Source: an uncultured Thermoplasmata archaeon (GTDB taxonomy: Archaea; Thermoplasmatota; DTKX01; GCA-020343715). Taken from it: 64,000 nucleotides of DNA. The position numbers and the translations under genes were made by a program. Below the pieces are notes generated by a model. That model was given only the letters and a program-made list of their open reading frames with translations, was not told the origin of the DNA and did not search any database. Shown one piece after another: positions 44,799 to 54,476 of this stretch (the first letter of the stretch is position 1; every line of letters starts with the position of its first letter). The stretch is from the NCBI GenBank assembly GCA_965369625.1, contig CBDUQW010000004.1, forward strand, positions 5,391-69,390. The letters run 5' to 3'.

Positions 44799-44908
44799 GG
44801 TCCGAATCCCGCCTGAATCGAATAACCGGGGGTAAAATATAATACTTTTGTAGCATTAGCTACTACAGATCCTCACCTCGATGTATGAGGTGGACCGGAG
44901 GACCGGGG

Positions 44909-45655
44909 ATGCTAGAGACCATCATTCAGGACCTGGGGGTGGACCTCAGGCAGGAGTTCGACCACGCCGCCAGGGACCTGGAGGCGACGGGGCTCTCGTC
45001 GTACGAGTCCAAGGCGTACGTGGGCCTGGTGGCCATGGGATTCGGGACCGCCGACGAGATCGCTAGCATGTCCCGGATACCGAGGACGTCGTCGTACAAG
45101 GTCCTCAAGTCCCTCGAGGAGAAGGGGTTCGTCCACTCGACCAAGGGTCGGCCGATAGTGTACCGTCCCGAGGACCCGTCCGTGGTCTACGGCCGCGTGA
45201 AGGAGCGGCTGGACGAGACCTTCGCGAAATTGGAGTTCCTGCACGAGGTGGTCCGGGAGAAGGGCTCTCCCCAGCTGATATTCACCATATCCGGCAAGGA
45301 CAGGGTGCTGGAGAAGATCGCGGAGCTGGTGGACTCCTCGGACGAGAGCTTCACCATATCCACTCCCGTCTATGCCGATGTCCGTGGTGCCATCCACGAC
45401 AGGATCAAGAAGGCCCTGGCCCGCGGCGTGGAGGTCACCACCATCGTGGAGCCCGGCGTCCGGGTGGAGTCAGGGGCCCGGGTGGTCAGGGCCGAGCGCC
45501 TGGCGGCCACCGACGTGGTCTCCGACGGCAATCTGGGCCTCATCGCCGCCCCTGACCTGGAGACCTGCGGGTTCTCGGCCAACCCCTTCCTGGCCCAGCA
45601 CCTGATGCGATTCCTGGAGATAGTCATCAAGGAATACGAGCGCGAGGCGGTCTGA
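44909..45655 (+). CDS. TrmB-family transcriptional regulator
   Basis: MLETIIQDL...LSSYESKAYVGLVAMGFGTADEIASMSRIPRTSSYKVLKSLEEKGFV is the TrmB N-terminal wHTH, followed by a TrmB-like C-terminal domain. Confidence 0.7.
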   Translation: MLETIIQDLGVDLRQEFDHAARDLEATGLSSYESKAYVGLVAMGFGTADEIASMSRIPRTSSYKVLKSLEEKGFVHSTKGRPIVYRPEDPSVVYGRVKERLDETFAKLEFLHEVVREKGSPQLIFTISGKDRVLEKIAELVDSSDESFTISTPVYADVRGAIHDRIKKALARGVEVTTIVEPGVRVESGARVVRAERLAATDVVSDGNLGLIAAPDLETCGFSANPFLAQHLMRFLEIVIKEYEREAV

Positions 45656-45662
45656 GGCGACG

Positions 45663-47129
45663 TCACTGGCCTTCCAGGTCCTGCCACTTGTACACCGGGT
45701 TGCGGGCGCCGTACACCTCGTCCACCCTGCGGACGGGCGCCCGGTGGGGCGCGTCGTGGAGCACCTGGGGGTCGGTCTTGGCCTCCTCCGCGATGTTGAT
45801 GAGGGCGTCGGCGAAGGCGTCCAGGTCCCGCTTGGACTCCGTCTCGGTGGGCTCGATCATCAATGCCTCGTCCACGATCAGTGGGAAGTAGACGGTGGGC
45901 GGATGGAACCCGTGGTCGATGAGGCGCTTGGCAACGTCCAGCGTCCGCAGGCCCTTCTCCTTCATCGCGGAGCCCGACAGGACGAACTCGTGCTTGCGGA
46001 CCCTTCCGTAGGGCATGGGGTAGTGGTCCTCGAGACGGTGGACCAGGTAGTTGGCGTTGAGCACCGACAGCTCGGCGGCCTTCCTCAGCCCCTCGCCTCC
46101 CATGAGCAGGACGTAGGCGTACGCCCGGAGGAGCACCCCGGTGTTCCCGTAGAAGCTGCGCACCTTCCCGATGCTGTCGGGCCTCGCGTAGTCCAGGAAG
46201 TAGACGTCCTCCTCCCTGGCGACCATGGGCACCGGGAGGTACTTGGCAAGTTCCTCGCTGACGCCCACCGGGCCGGAGCCCGGTCCGCCGCCGCCGTGGG
46301 GCGTGGCGAAGGTCTTGTGGAGGTTGAAGTGGACGATGTCGTAGTTCATGTCCCCCGGTCGTACCCGTCCCATGATGGCGTTGAGGTTCGCCCCGTCGTA
46401 GTACAGCAGCGCGCCCTTGTCGTGGAGGATGCGGGCGATCTCCAGCACGTCGTGCTCGAAGAGGCCCAGGGTGTTGGGGTTGGTGAGCATGAAGGCGGCC
46501 GTCCGGTCGGACACCGCCTTCTCCAGGGCATCCAGGTCCACGGTGCCGTCCTTGGAGGGCACCTCCATGACCTCGTAGCCCGCCATCACCGCCGAGGCGG
46601 GGTTGGTGCCGTGGGATGTGTCAGGGAGGAGGACCTGGGTCCTCTTCTCCTCGACGTCGTCGAAGTGCGCCCTCACCAGGCGCATGCCCAGGAACTCCCC
46701 GTGGGCGCCGGCGGAGGGCTGCAGGGAGACCTCGGAGACGCCGCCGATCTCCGCCAGCATGAGCTGCAGCTCGTACATGATGCGGAGGATGCCCTGGGTG
46801 GCGGCCTCGGGCTGCCTCGGATGCAGACGGGTGATGCCCGGATGCGCTGCCAGGACCTCGGAGACCTTGGGGTTGTACTTCATCGTGCACGACCCCAGGG
46901 GGTACATGCCCACATCGACCCCGAAGGTCATCCGTGAGAGCAGTGTGTAGTGTCGGACCACCGAGGGCTCGCTGAGGGAGGGTATCGGTGGGGGTTCCAT
47001 TCGCCTCATGGACATGGGTAGGAAGTCCCAGTCGAAATCGGGCTCCTCCACGATGTGGCAGCAGTCCTGGTCCTCGTCCGCCTCGTTGAGGAGGGGTACC
47101 TGGTGACGGGGCGCCTGGTAGTCCATCAC
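45663..47129 (-). CDS. gcvPB: Glycine dehydrogenase (decarboxylating) subunit 2
   Basis: ...HFNLHKTFATPHGGGGPGSGPVGV... is the PLP-lysine region. Confidence 0.9.
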   Translation of the reverse strand: MMDYQAPRHQVPLLNEADEDQDCCHIVEEPDFDWDFLPMSMRRMEPPPIPSLSEPSVVRHYTLLSRMTFGVDVGMYPLGSCTMKYNPKVSEVLAAHPGITRLHPRQPEAATQGILRIMYELQLMLAEIGGVSEVSLQPSAGAHGEFLGMRLVRAHFDDVEEKRTQVLLPDTSHGTNPASAVMAGYEVMEVPSKDGTVDLDALEKAVSDRTAAFMLTNPNTLGLFEHDVLEIARILHDKGALLYYDGANLNAIMGRVRPGDMNYDIVHFNLHKTFATPHGGGGPGSGPVGVSEELAKYLPVPMVAREEDVYFLDYARPDSIGKVRSFYGNTGVLLRAYAYVLLMGGEGLRKAAELSVLNANYLVHRLEDHYPMPYGRVRKHEFVLSGSAMKEKGLRTLDVAKRLIDHGFHPPTVYFPLIVDEALMIEPTETESKRDLDAFADALINIAEEAKTDPQVLHDAPHRAPVRRVDEVYGARNPVYKWQDLEGQ

Positions 47130-48502
47130 AGCTCACCCCCCGCGAACCAGTTGCTGGTGCCATCGTGGAACGCCTTGAGGGCCACGGCGAGGTCGTCCAG
47201 GTCGGCCTCGGTGTGGGTCTCGGTGGTGGCCATGAGGAAGGCCTCGCTCACGTCCGGGAAGTCCTTTCCCAGGTTCACGCCGAGGAATATATCCTCCATG
47301 AGCATGGCGGCCGTCAGCTCCCCCACCTCGTGCTCGGTCCCCACGCTGAACTCGTTGAAGAAGGACGACTCGAACAGGGGCGCCTTGAAGCCGTCGATGT
47401 GGTCGATGGCGTCGGCCAGGCTGTGGGCCCTGTTGGCGCTGGCCTGCGCCATGCGCACCAGCCCGCCGCTGCCGATGGTGGCCAGGTGGACCGCGAACGC
47501 CAGTGCGTTGAGGTTCTCGTTGGTGCATATGTTGGAGGTGGCCTTGCTCCTCCGTATGTGCTGCTCGCGGGTCTGCAGGGCCATGTGGAAGGCCCGGTTC
47601 CCGTCCGCGTCCTTGGTGAGGCCGATTATCCTCCCTGGCATCTGCCGGGCGATGGCCTTGCGGGTGGCGAAGAAGCCCAGGGTGGGCCCGCCATAGTTGA
47701 GGGGGTTGCCCAGGGGCTGTCCGTCCCCCACGACGATGTCGGCGCCGAAGTCGGCGGGAGGCCTGAGGATGCCCAGGGCCACCGGGTTCGTGCCCACGAT
47801 GAGGAGGGTCTTTCCCAGGTCGTCCTTCAGGTCCGAAAGGGCCTCTTCGATGCATCCGAAGTAGTTGGGGCTCTCCAGGTAGACCGCCGCGGTGTCCCCG
47901 TCCACTGCCTCGGCGAGCAGGTCCCGGTTTATCTGGCCGGTGTCGGGGTGGTAGTCCACGTCCACGATCTCGAATCCCGCTCCGTACAGGTAGTTCCAGA
48001 GCACCGAGCGCTTGTCCGGGTCCATGGCGACGGGGACCACGACCTTCTCCTTCCTGGTGACGCGGATGGCCATCAGGGCCGCCTCCGCGAGGCCGGTGGC
48101 GCCGTCGTACATCGAGATGTTGGACACGTCCATGCCGGTGAGGGCGCAGACCAGGCTCTGGTACTCGAACATGGCCTGCAGCATCCCCTGGGAGCTCTCG
48201 GGCTGGTACGGCGTGTAGGACGTGTAGAACTCCGCCCTGCCCGTGAGCGCTGGGACGGTGGCAGGGATGTAATGGTCGTACATGCCGCTCCCGAGGAACG
48301 ACAGGAAGTCCTGGGTGGTCACGTTGTCCGAGAGCAGCCCCTCGATCTCTGCCGCCACCTCCTGCTCGGGCAGGGCGGGTGGCAGGTCGAGGCTGTCGAT
48401 CCGGACGCTCTCTGGCACATCAGCGTAGAGGTCGTCGATGGAGTCGTATCCCATCTCCTCTAGCATCCTTTCAACCTTTGACTCGTTGGGCAGGAACTGC
48501 AT
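47126..48502 (-). CDS. gcvPA: Glycine dehydrogenase (decarboxylating) subunit 1
   Basis: MQFLPNESKVERMLEEMGYDSIDDLY...; ATGA overlap with gcvPB. Confidence 0.9.
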   Translation of the reverse strand: MQFLPNESKVERMLEEMGYDSIDDLYADVPESVRIDSLDLPPALPEQEVAAEIEGLLSDNVTTQDFLSFLGSGMYDHYIPATVPALTGRAEFYTSYTPYQPESSQGMLQAMFEYQSLVCALTGMDVSNISMYDGATGLAEAALMAIRVTRKEKVVVPVAMDPDKRSVLWNYLYGAGFEIVDVDYHPDTGQINRDLLAEAVDGDTAAVYLESPNYFGCIEEALSDLKDDLGKTLLIVGTNPVALGILRPPADFGADIVVGDGQPLGNPLNYGGPTLGFFATRKAIARQMPGRIIGLTKDADGNRAFHMALQTREQHIRRSKATSNICTNENLNALAFAVHLATIGSGGLVRMAQASANRAHSLADAIDHIDGFKAPLFESSFFNEFSVGTEHEVGELTAAMLMEDIFLGVNLGKDFPDVSEAFLMATTETHTEADLDDLAVALKAFHDGTSNWFAGGEL

Positions 48503-48583
48503 GGGGGTTCCCCCGGTGGTGTTCCGGGGAACCGCTCTTCCATCTCTAAAGGTTTTCCCAGCCCGGGAGCCTGGAAGGTACCG

Positions 48584-51500
48584 TCACCTGAGGGTGTTGT
48601 CGCAGAAGGGACACAGGATCCAGGCGGGGTCCACTTCCTCGCCACAGCTGGGGCAGGTGCCAGCTGCCGGCCCGGCCTCGGGGGCCTCCTCGGCGGGTGG
48701 TCCAGCCGGCTCGGGCTCCTCGGCGGGTGGTCCGGCCGGCTCGGGCTCCTCGGCGGGTGGTTCCGCTGGCTCGGGCACCTCGGCGGGCGGTTCCGCTGGC
48801 TCGGGCTCCTCGGCGGGTGGTTCCGCTGGCTCGGGCTCCTCGGCAGGTGGTTCCGCTGGCTCGGGCTCCTCGGCGGGTTCCTCGTCAACCTCAACTGAGA
48901 GCTCGTCGGGGGGTTCCTCTCGCACCTCGTCCTCGTCCGATGGGGCCGTGGGACGCCGACCTACGAGGATGATCATGATGACCAGGACCAGTATGGCGAG
49001 CCCGATGACGGCTCCGATGACCACGTAGTTGGCACCCTCCGCTGGCGGTTCCACGTACACCTGCTTGGTACCCACGTTGTCGTTCTCGTTGGTCTCCTCG
49101 ACCATGTTGTTCCGGTCGATGTAGACCATGAGCGGCATGCCGTTCTCGAAGGTCCAATCGGCCTGGTAGGTGATGTTGGCGCCCACGTCCAGCTCGGTTA
49201 TCTGCCAGTTCCCTATCGGTAGACCTCCCTGGGTGGGATCCCCGTGGAACATCTCGACCACGGCGGGGGTGAACAACGGGGCGTCGCCCATGTTGACCAC
49301 CCGTACGTGGACGGTGGCGGTGTCGTCCTCGTCGAGACGGTCCACCGTCTTGACGCCCTGGGTGACCCATAGGTCCATCAGGAGCAGGTTGGGCAGCGCA
49401 TCCCCATCGATGTGGATCTCGCTGGACAGTTGGTTGTTCGCGTCGGAGGATTCCTCGATCTCGTTGATCGGGTCCACCACCGCGATCATGGTGTGGGTGC
49501 CGCCATCTACCTTGTTCGGGACGGGGGTCCATGTGATGGACTTCGTCGACTCCTCACCGATGCCCAGGGTCGACGTGGCCATGTTGGCGAGGCGCTTGCC
49601 CTCGTCGACCTCGTCGAGATAGATGTGCAACTGGGCCACCTGGAAGCTGACGTCGGTGCCCACGTTGGTGACGGTCACCTCGATCGTTATCGTGGTGCCA
49701 TAGGTGATGCTGGAGACGGGAGCCCCCGCCTGGTCGGTGATGTCGATGGTGATGACCGTCAGGTCAGGTAGCGAGGCCCCCACCCTGAGGGGGCGGAGAT
49801 CGTAGTTGTTGAACTCGTCGACCTCGTGTTCGACCCCGGTCGCATCGACGACCACGAAGAGGACGGGCACGTCGCTCTTCTGCTTGGGCTTCTCGGCGAT
49901 CCAGATGATCGAATCCGTGTGGACCTCGTCGGGGTTGAGGCCCTCCGGGACCTCGAAGGACCCCAGGAGCTTGCCGCTCAGGAGCGGGTTGCCGTGGTAC
50001 AGTTCGGCCATCGTCACGCTCTTGGTCTTCGCGTTGCCCCGGTTGATGACGCTCACGTTCACCTCCACGTGCGCCCCGGAATTGGTGCCCTCCTGGAGGT
50101 CCAGCTCCTCGCCGTTCAGGAGGAGCTGCATGGAACCGACGGCAAGGTCGGGCAGCGGTCTCCTGGAGACGGTCAGGCCCTTGCCCAGCTGGTTGTTGTC
50201 CTCGTCGGACTCGTAGATCATGTTGTCGGGGTCGACGAAGATGGTGATGGCGTGGGTCCCCAGCTCCGCCCTCCAGTCGAACTCGACCTGGAGGGTCTCG
50301 TCGGGGTCCAGGCTGGCTATCATGAACTGGCGGCCCACCTGGACGCCGCCGGCGTCGGGGTCGCCCCTGTACACGCCCACCTCGATGGCGCCCTCGTAGG
50401 GGTCGTTGCCGTCGTTCCCTATGATGGCCAGGGTGTGAACGTTGTCTCTCTCGGAAGCCTGGGTCGTGACCTGGCCGTCCAGTATGAAGTGGAGGTCCTC
50501 AACGAAGAGGTCCACACCGGGATCGTCGGTCACGTCGAGGCGCGCCGAGGTCACGTTGTTGGCGTCGTTGAAGTCCAGGGGGGTCGATGGGTCCTGGGGC
50601 ATCACGATCATGGTTATGTCATGCACGCCCTCGAGGGGCCTCCACGGGATGCGGATGGTGCGCTCGCCCCCGGCCTCGAGCCCTCCCAGGCGCGGTTGCA
50701 CGTCACCGATGGGGTCCGTCCCTGGGGTGAACGGACCGTCGTACGCGCGCACCACCATCGGGATGGTCACCATCGAGGTGCCCACGTTGGCGATGGTGGC
50801 GACTATCTCTATCAGGTCGCCCACGCCCGCGCCGTGGATCGGGGTCCCATCGGCCTCGAAGCGCATGTCGGTCAGGACCATGTCGCCTGCGGAGTTGTCG
50901 TCCACGTTCACTTCGATCGTTCGCTCGTTGTTCACCTCGCTCTCCTCGGGCACGTGGTTGGCCTCGTCCACGTAGATCCGCACAACGTAGTGTCCTGGCA
51001 CGGCGATCCAGTGCATCGTCACGATCTTCGACATGCCCATGGACAGTCCGTCGAGGACGACCACCCGTCCGATCTCGTCGCCGCCACCCAAGGGGTGGTC
51101 GGTGTAGGCGGAGACGACGAAGGCATCCACGCTGGCCCTGCCCTCGTTGATGATCGTCATGTTGAACTCGAGGACGTCCCCCGCCACGGCTGCTGCCACG
51201 GGATAGCCGTCCAGGAGCACCCTCACGTTGCCCAGCTTCAGGTCGGGCAGCTGCTGGTCCGGTTTGCCACCAACCTCGATGTCCTTGATCTTCCAGCCGT
51301 CCCCCTCGACGCCGTCCGGGGAGGACCTGAAGTAGAAGCCGATGCGGATGCGTTGACCGGCGTAATCGTCGAGGCGGACGGTGACCGACGCCCAAGTGGT
51401 CATGGTGCCGGACCAGCCGGTGACCTCTGGATACAGGAACTCGGGTTCCACCAGCTCCCAGTCCTTGTCCCGGTCGGTGATGACGAAGACCATGGCCCCA

Positions 51501-51952
51501 TCGCCCGGGGAGGGGATGTCGTACATGTGCTCGAACTCGAGCCTCGGCATGGTGACGTTGTGAAGGTCGATCCACGTGGTCTCGATCATCGCGATCTCGT
51601 CGGGATAGTAGATCCCGTCGTTCCCGTTGTCGTCCAGCGGGTCCCCGAATGGGATTTCGGTTCCATAGGGGCTCTCGGTGAGGTAGATCTCGTCATCCTT
51701 GGTGTAGAAACCTCCCGAGGGATTGACGGCGATGTTGTCGGTGGACCAGGAGCCCTCCCAGTAGAGCCACTTGGACCGATCGATGACCCCCGCCTCGAAA
51801 TCATCCTGGAAAATCGTCAGGTATCCCGTGGGTAGCCTGTGCTCGCCGCCATCCGAGGGTTCGGCCATCGCCAGGGGTCCGGCGAGTGCGCACTGGAGGA
51901 GAAGCGTGGCGACAAGCAGGAGGGCCGTACGACCGGTACTCGATTTATTCAT
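48584..51952 (-). CDS. Giant surface protein (~1120 aa): signal peptide, multiple CARDB-like beta domains, one TM, cytoplasmic Pro/Glu/Ala-rich repeat tail ending in a zinc ribbon
   Basis: Likely start MNKSSTGRTALLLVATLLLQCALAGPLAMA at 51952 (ORF track extends to 52348). CARDB-type repeats (NVSVINRGNAKTKSVTMAELYHG; TIANVGTSMVTIPMVVRAY). TM VIGAVIGLAILVLVIMIILV. 7x (PAEPPAEEPE). Ends CPSCGEEVDPAWILCPFCDNTL. Confidence 0.6.
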   Translation of the reverse strand: MNKSSTGRTALLLVATLLLQCALAGPLAMAEPSDGGEHRLPTGYLTIFQDDFEAGVIDRSKWLYWEGSWSTDNIAVNPSGGFYTKDDEIYLTESPYGTEIPFGDPLDDNGNDGIYYPDEIAMIETTWIDLHNVTMPRLEFEHMYDIPSPGDGAMVFVITDRDKDWELVEPEFLYPEVTGWSGTMTTWASVTVRLDDYAGQRIRIGFYFRSSPDGVEGDGWKIKDIEVGGKPDQQLPDLKLGNVRVLLDGYPVAAAVAGDVLEFNMTIINEGRASVDAFVVSAYTDHPLGGGDEIGRVVVLDGLSMGMSKIVTMHWIAVPGHYVVRIYVDEANHVPEESEVNNERTIEVNVDDNSAGDMVLTDMRFEADGTPIHGAGVGDLIEIVATIANVGTSMVTIPMVVRAYDGPFTPGTDPIGDVQPRLGGLEAGGERTIRIPWRPLEGVHDITMIVMPQDPSTPLDFNDANNVTSARLDVTDDPGVDLFVEDLHFILDGQVTTQASERDNVHTLAIIGNDGNDPYEGAIEVGVYRGDPDAGGVQVGRQFMIASLDPDETLQVEFDWRAELGTHAITIFVDPDNMIYESDEDNNQLGKGLTVSRRPLPDLAVGSMQLLLNGEELDLQEGTNSGAHVEVNVSVINRGNAKTKSVTMAELYHGNPLLSGKLLGSFEVPEGLNPDEVHTDSIIWIAEKPKQKSDVPVLFVVVDATGVEHEVDEFNNYDLRPLRVGASLPDLTVITIDITDQAGAPVSSITYGTTITIEVTVTNVGTDVSFQVAQLHIYLDEVDEGKRLANMATSTLGIGEESTKSITWTPVPNKVDGGTHTMIAVVDPINEIEESSDANNQLSSEIHIDGDALPNLLLMDLWVTQGVKTVDRLDEDDTATVHVRVVNMGDAPLFTPAVVEMFHGDPTQGGLPIGNWQITELDVGANITYQADWTFENGMPLMVYIDRNNMVEETNENDNVGTKQVYVEPPAEGANYVVIGAVIGLAILVLVIMIILVGRRPTAPSDEDEVREEPPDELSVEVDEEPAEEPEPAEPPAEEPEPAEPPAEEPEPAEPPAEVPEPAEPPAEEPEPAGPPAEEPEPAGPPAEEAPEAGPAAGTCPSCGEEVDPAWILCPFCDNTLR
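48694..48893. repeat. Coding 30-nt tandem repeat (x~7) encoding PAEPPAEEPE
   Basis: Near-identical 30-mers 'ggctcctcggcgggtgg(t)tccg(c/g)c(t/c)gg(c)tcg' visible across 48700-48890. Confidence 0.7.
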
Positions 51953-52082
51953 GACACTCCTCCACGTGTGGGTCTGCAAACATGGTGTTGCTATATAACT
52001 GTTTTTCGATGGTTGGCACCGAGGGGACCCACTTCGAGGGGTGTCGTCAATGCCAAATACCCCGGGGCCCTTACGAGGTGCG

Positions 52083-53687
52083 ATGGACATCTCCGATGAG
52101 CTGGCCATGGCCATAGAGGAGGGGCGGATCACCTCCAGGGAGGACCTGGAGAGGCTCAAGCGTGAGCTGGCGGCCAGGGAGAGGCTGGACCGGGTGCCCA
52201 CCGACGCGGAGGTCCTCGCCAGGCTGGGGGACCGGGTCGACCCTGCCGCGCTGGCCCTCCTGAGGACGAAGCCCTCTCGGACCCTCTCCGGCGTGGCCGT
52301 GGTCGCCGTGATGACCCCTCCGGCCCCGTGCCCCCACGGGACGTGCATGTACTGTCCAGGGGGCGTGGATGCGGGTACACCGCAGAGCTATACAGGCAAG
52401 GAGCCCGCCGCCCGACGTGCAATCCAGGCGGGATTCGACGGCGGGCGCCAGACATCGGGCAGGCTGGCGCAGCTGGCCGAGGTCGGCCACCCCACGGAGA
52501 AGGTCGAGCTGGTGGTCATGGGGGGGACCTTCCCCGCCCTCGCCCCCGAGGACCGTGCGACCTTCGTCAAGGGTTGCGTGGACGCGATGAACGGGGGCCC
52601 CGCAAAGGACCTTGCAGGTGCCATTGACGCGAACGCGGAGGGTCCCCACAGGTGCGTGGCCCTCACCATCGAGACCCGGCCGGACCTGTGCGACCGGGCG
52701 GGCGTCGACGACCTTCTGGACCTGGGGACCACCCGGGTGGAGATCGGCGTCCAGGTGACGGAGGACCGTCCCCTGGAGCTGGTGGGCCGGGGCCACGGTG
52801 TCGCCGAGAGCGTGGATGCCACGAGGCACCTCAAGGATGCTGGCCTCAAGGTGGGCTACCACCTGATGCTGGGCCTTCCATCCATGTCCCCCGAGGACGA
52901 CCTTCGCGCTCTGATGAGGGTGATAGAGGACCCGGACTTCCGACCCGACCTCCTCAAGCTCTACCCGACGCTGGTGATGCCTGGCACCGGGCTCCATGGG
53001 TTGTGGGAGGAGGGGGGCTACGAGCCCCTGGACGAGAAGGGTGCGGTGGACATCCTGGCCCCCTTCAAGGCGTCACTGCCCCCCTGGGTGAGGGTGTCCC
53101 GTGTGGAACGTGACATCCCGTCGGACCTCATAGCCGCCGGTGTGCGGGCCAGCAACCTGCGTCAGCTGGTGGCGCTGCGCCTCTCGGAGGAGGGGAGGCG
53201 TTGCCGCTGCATCAGGTGCCGGGAGGTGGGAAGGCGCGGGACCGATCGCCCCGGCGGTGGCGGGGACCGGTGGGGCGCCCCGGAGCCCTCCAGGCTCGAA
53301 TTGAGGGAGGAGCTCTACTCGGCCTCGGGCGGAGAGGAGGCGTTCCTGAGCCTGGAGCTTGCGGACCTGGACGCCATCGTGGCCTACGCAAGGGTCCGTA
53401 GACCCTCGACGGACCTCTGGAGGGACGAGCTGGCCGGGGCGTGCATTCTCAGGGAGGTCAGGGTCCTGGGCGTGGCCCTCCCGCTGGGCGCCGAACCCTC
53501 CGAGGGGGGTGGACTGGAGTGGCAGCACAGGGGGTTGGGGGAGAGACTGGTCAGGGAGGCCGAGGAGAGGGCCCGGTCATGGGGTATGGACCGGCTCGCC
53601 ATAACGGCCGGGATGGGGACCAGGGGCTACTTCGCACGCCTTGGGTATCGCAGGGCGGGGCCCTACATGGTCCGTGGCCTGGGCTGA
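52083..53687 (+). CDS. elp3: Elongator Elp3-like tRNA uridine(34) acetyltransferase (radical SAM plus GNAT)
   Basis: CPHGTCMYCPGG is the Elp3-type radical SAM motif. C-terminal GNAT region. ORF from 52041; M at 52083 also possible. Confidence 0.85.
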   Translation: MDISDELAMAIEEGRITSREDLERLKRELAARERLDRVPTDAEVLARLGDRVDPAALALLRTKPSRTLSGVAVVAVMTPPAPCPHGTCMYCPGGVDAGTPQSYTGKEPAARRAIQAGFDGGRQTSGRLAQLAEVGHPTEKVELVVMGGTFPALAPEDRATFVKGCVDAMNGGPAKDLAGAIDANAEGPHRCVALTIETRPDLCDRAGVDDLLDLGTTRVEIGVQVTEDRPLELVGRGHGVAESVDATRHLKDAGLKVGYHLMLGLPSMSPEDDLRALMRVIEDPDFRPDLLKLYPTLVMPGTGLHGLWEEGGYEPLDEKGAVDILAPFKASLPPWVRVSRVERDIPSDLIAAGVRASNLRQLVALRLSEEGRRCRCIRCREVGRRGTDRPGGGGDRWGAPEPSRLELREELYSASGGEEAFLSLELADLDAIVAYARVRRPSTDLWRDELAGACILREVRVLGVALPLGAEPSEGGGLEWQHRGLGERLVREAEERARSWGMDRLAITAGMGTRGYFARLGYRRAGPYMVRGLG

Positions 53688-53732
53688 TGTGATGCTTGCA
53701 TCGTGGTCGGACCGCGTCCATGGTGACGGCGG

Positions 53733-54476
53733 TCAGAACAGCTCACCGATGACCTTGATGCCGTCGGGCCCGGTGTCGATCAGGAAGGGCTTCATCTCGT
53801 GACGGGTGGCCCTCATCTTGCGCACCATGAGGTAGCGCTTGATCTCGTTGCCCAGCTTGTCGGTCCCCAACTCGATGATGCCGTCGACGAGGAAGTACTC
53901 GGGCCGGTCGTCCACCATCTGGGTCTCCAGGACGATGAAGGTGGTGACGCCCTTGCTACGGAGCTTGAAGAAGAACTCCTGCAGCTTCTTCCTGATGACG
54001 GGCCCGTCGATCCCGAGGAGGGACAGCAGCGCGTTCATCGAGTCGATGACGATGTACTTGGGGGTTTTCTCCGCCTCCGAGGCATCGGATTCGGAGTGGG
54101 GCTCGTACACCGAGAGGGGGGCCGTCGCCCGCTCCAGGATGAGGTTCAGGTAGTCCTCCTCCTTGAACAGGGAGGAGTCCCACACCTCCAGGTCGGCCTT
54201 GAAGGAGGCCACGTCCACTATCTGGATCTTGGGGGTGGTGGGTATGCCCATGCTCCTGACGTTGTTGAGGTGGCCCTCCTTGGACTCCTCGAAGGTGATG
54301 TAGATCGCCCGGTCATCCTCGTGTCTGTCCAGGTACCTCTGGAGCAGGTTGTACAGGAAGCTCGACTTCAGGGTGCCCGCGCCTCCGACCACAAGTATGA
54401 TCGAGCCCTGGGGCGGCTCGGTATGGAACACAAGGTCCAGTCCCTCGATGCTGTCTAGGAATACCACTTCAGGCAC
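53733..54476 (-). CDS. KaiC-like / RecA-superfamily ATPase (single domain)
   Basis: IILVVGGAGTLKSSFL (Walker A); YIVIDSMNAL; 247 aa. Confidence 0.7.
   Translation of the reverse strand: MPEVVFLDSIEGLDLVFHTEPPQGSIILVVGGAGTLKSSFLYNLLQRYLDRHEDDRAIYITFEESKEGHLNNVRSMGIPTTPKIQIVDVASFKADLEVWDSSLFKEEDYLNLILERATAPLSVYEPHSESDASEAEKTPKYIVIDSMNALLSLLGIDGPVIRKKLQEFFFKLRSKGVTTFIVLETQMVDDRPEYFLVDGIIELGTDKLGNEIKRYLMVRKMRATRHEMKPFLIDTGPDGIKVIGELF

Noticed and set aside
49826-51835. 669-aa plus-strand ORF antisense to the giant CARDB protein
   Set aside because: No motifs and G/V/D/H-rich. The sense strand has the signal peptide, CARDB repeats, TM and zinc ribbon.
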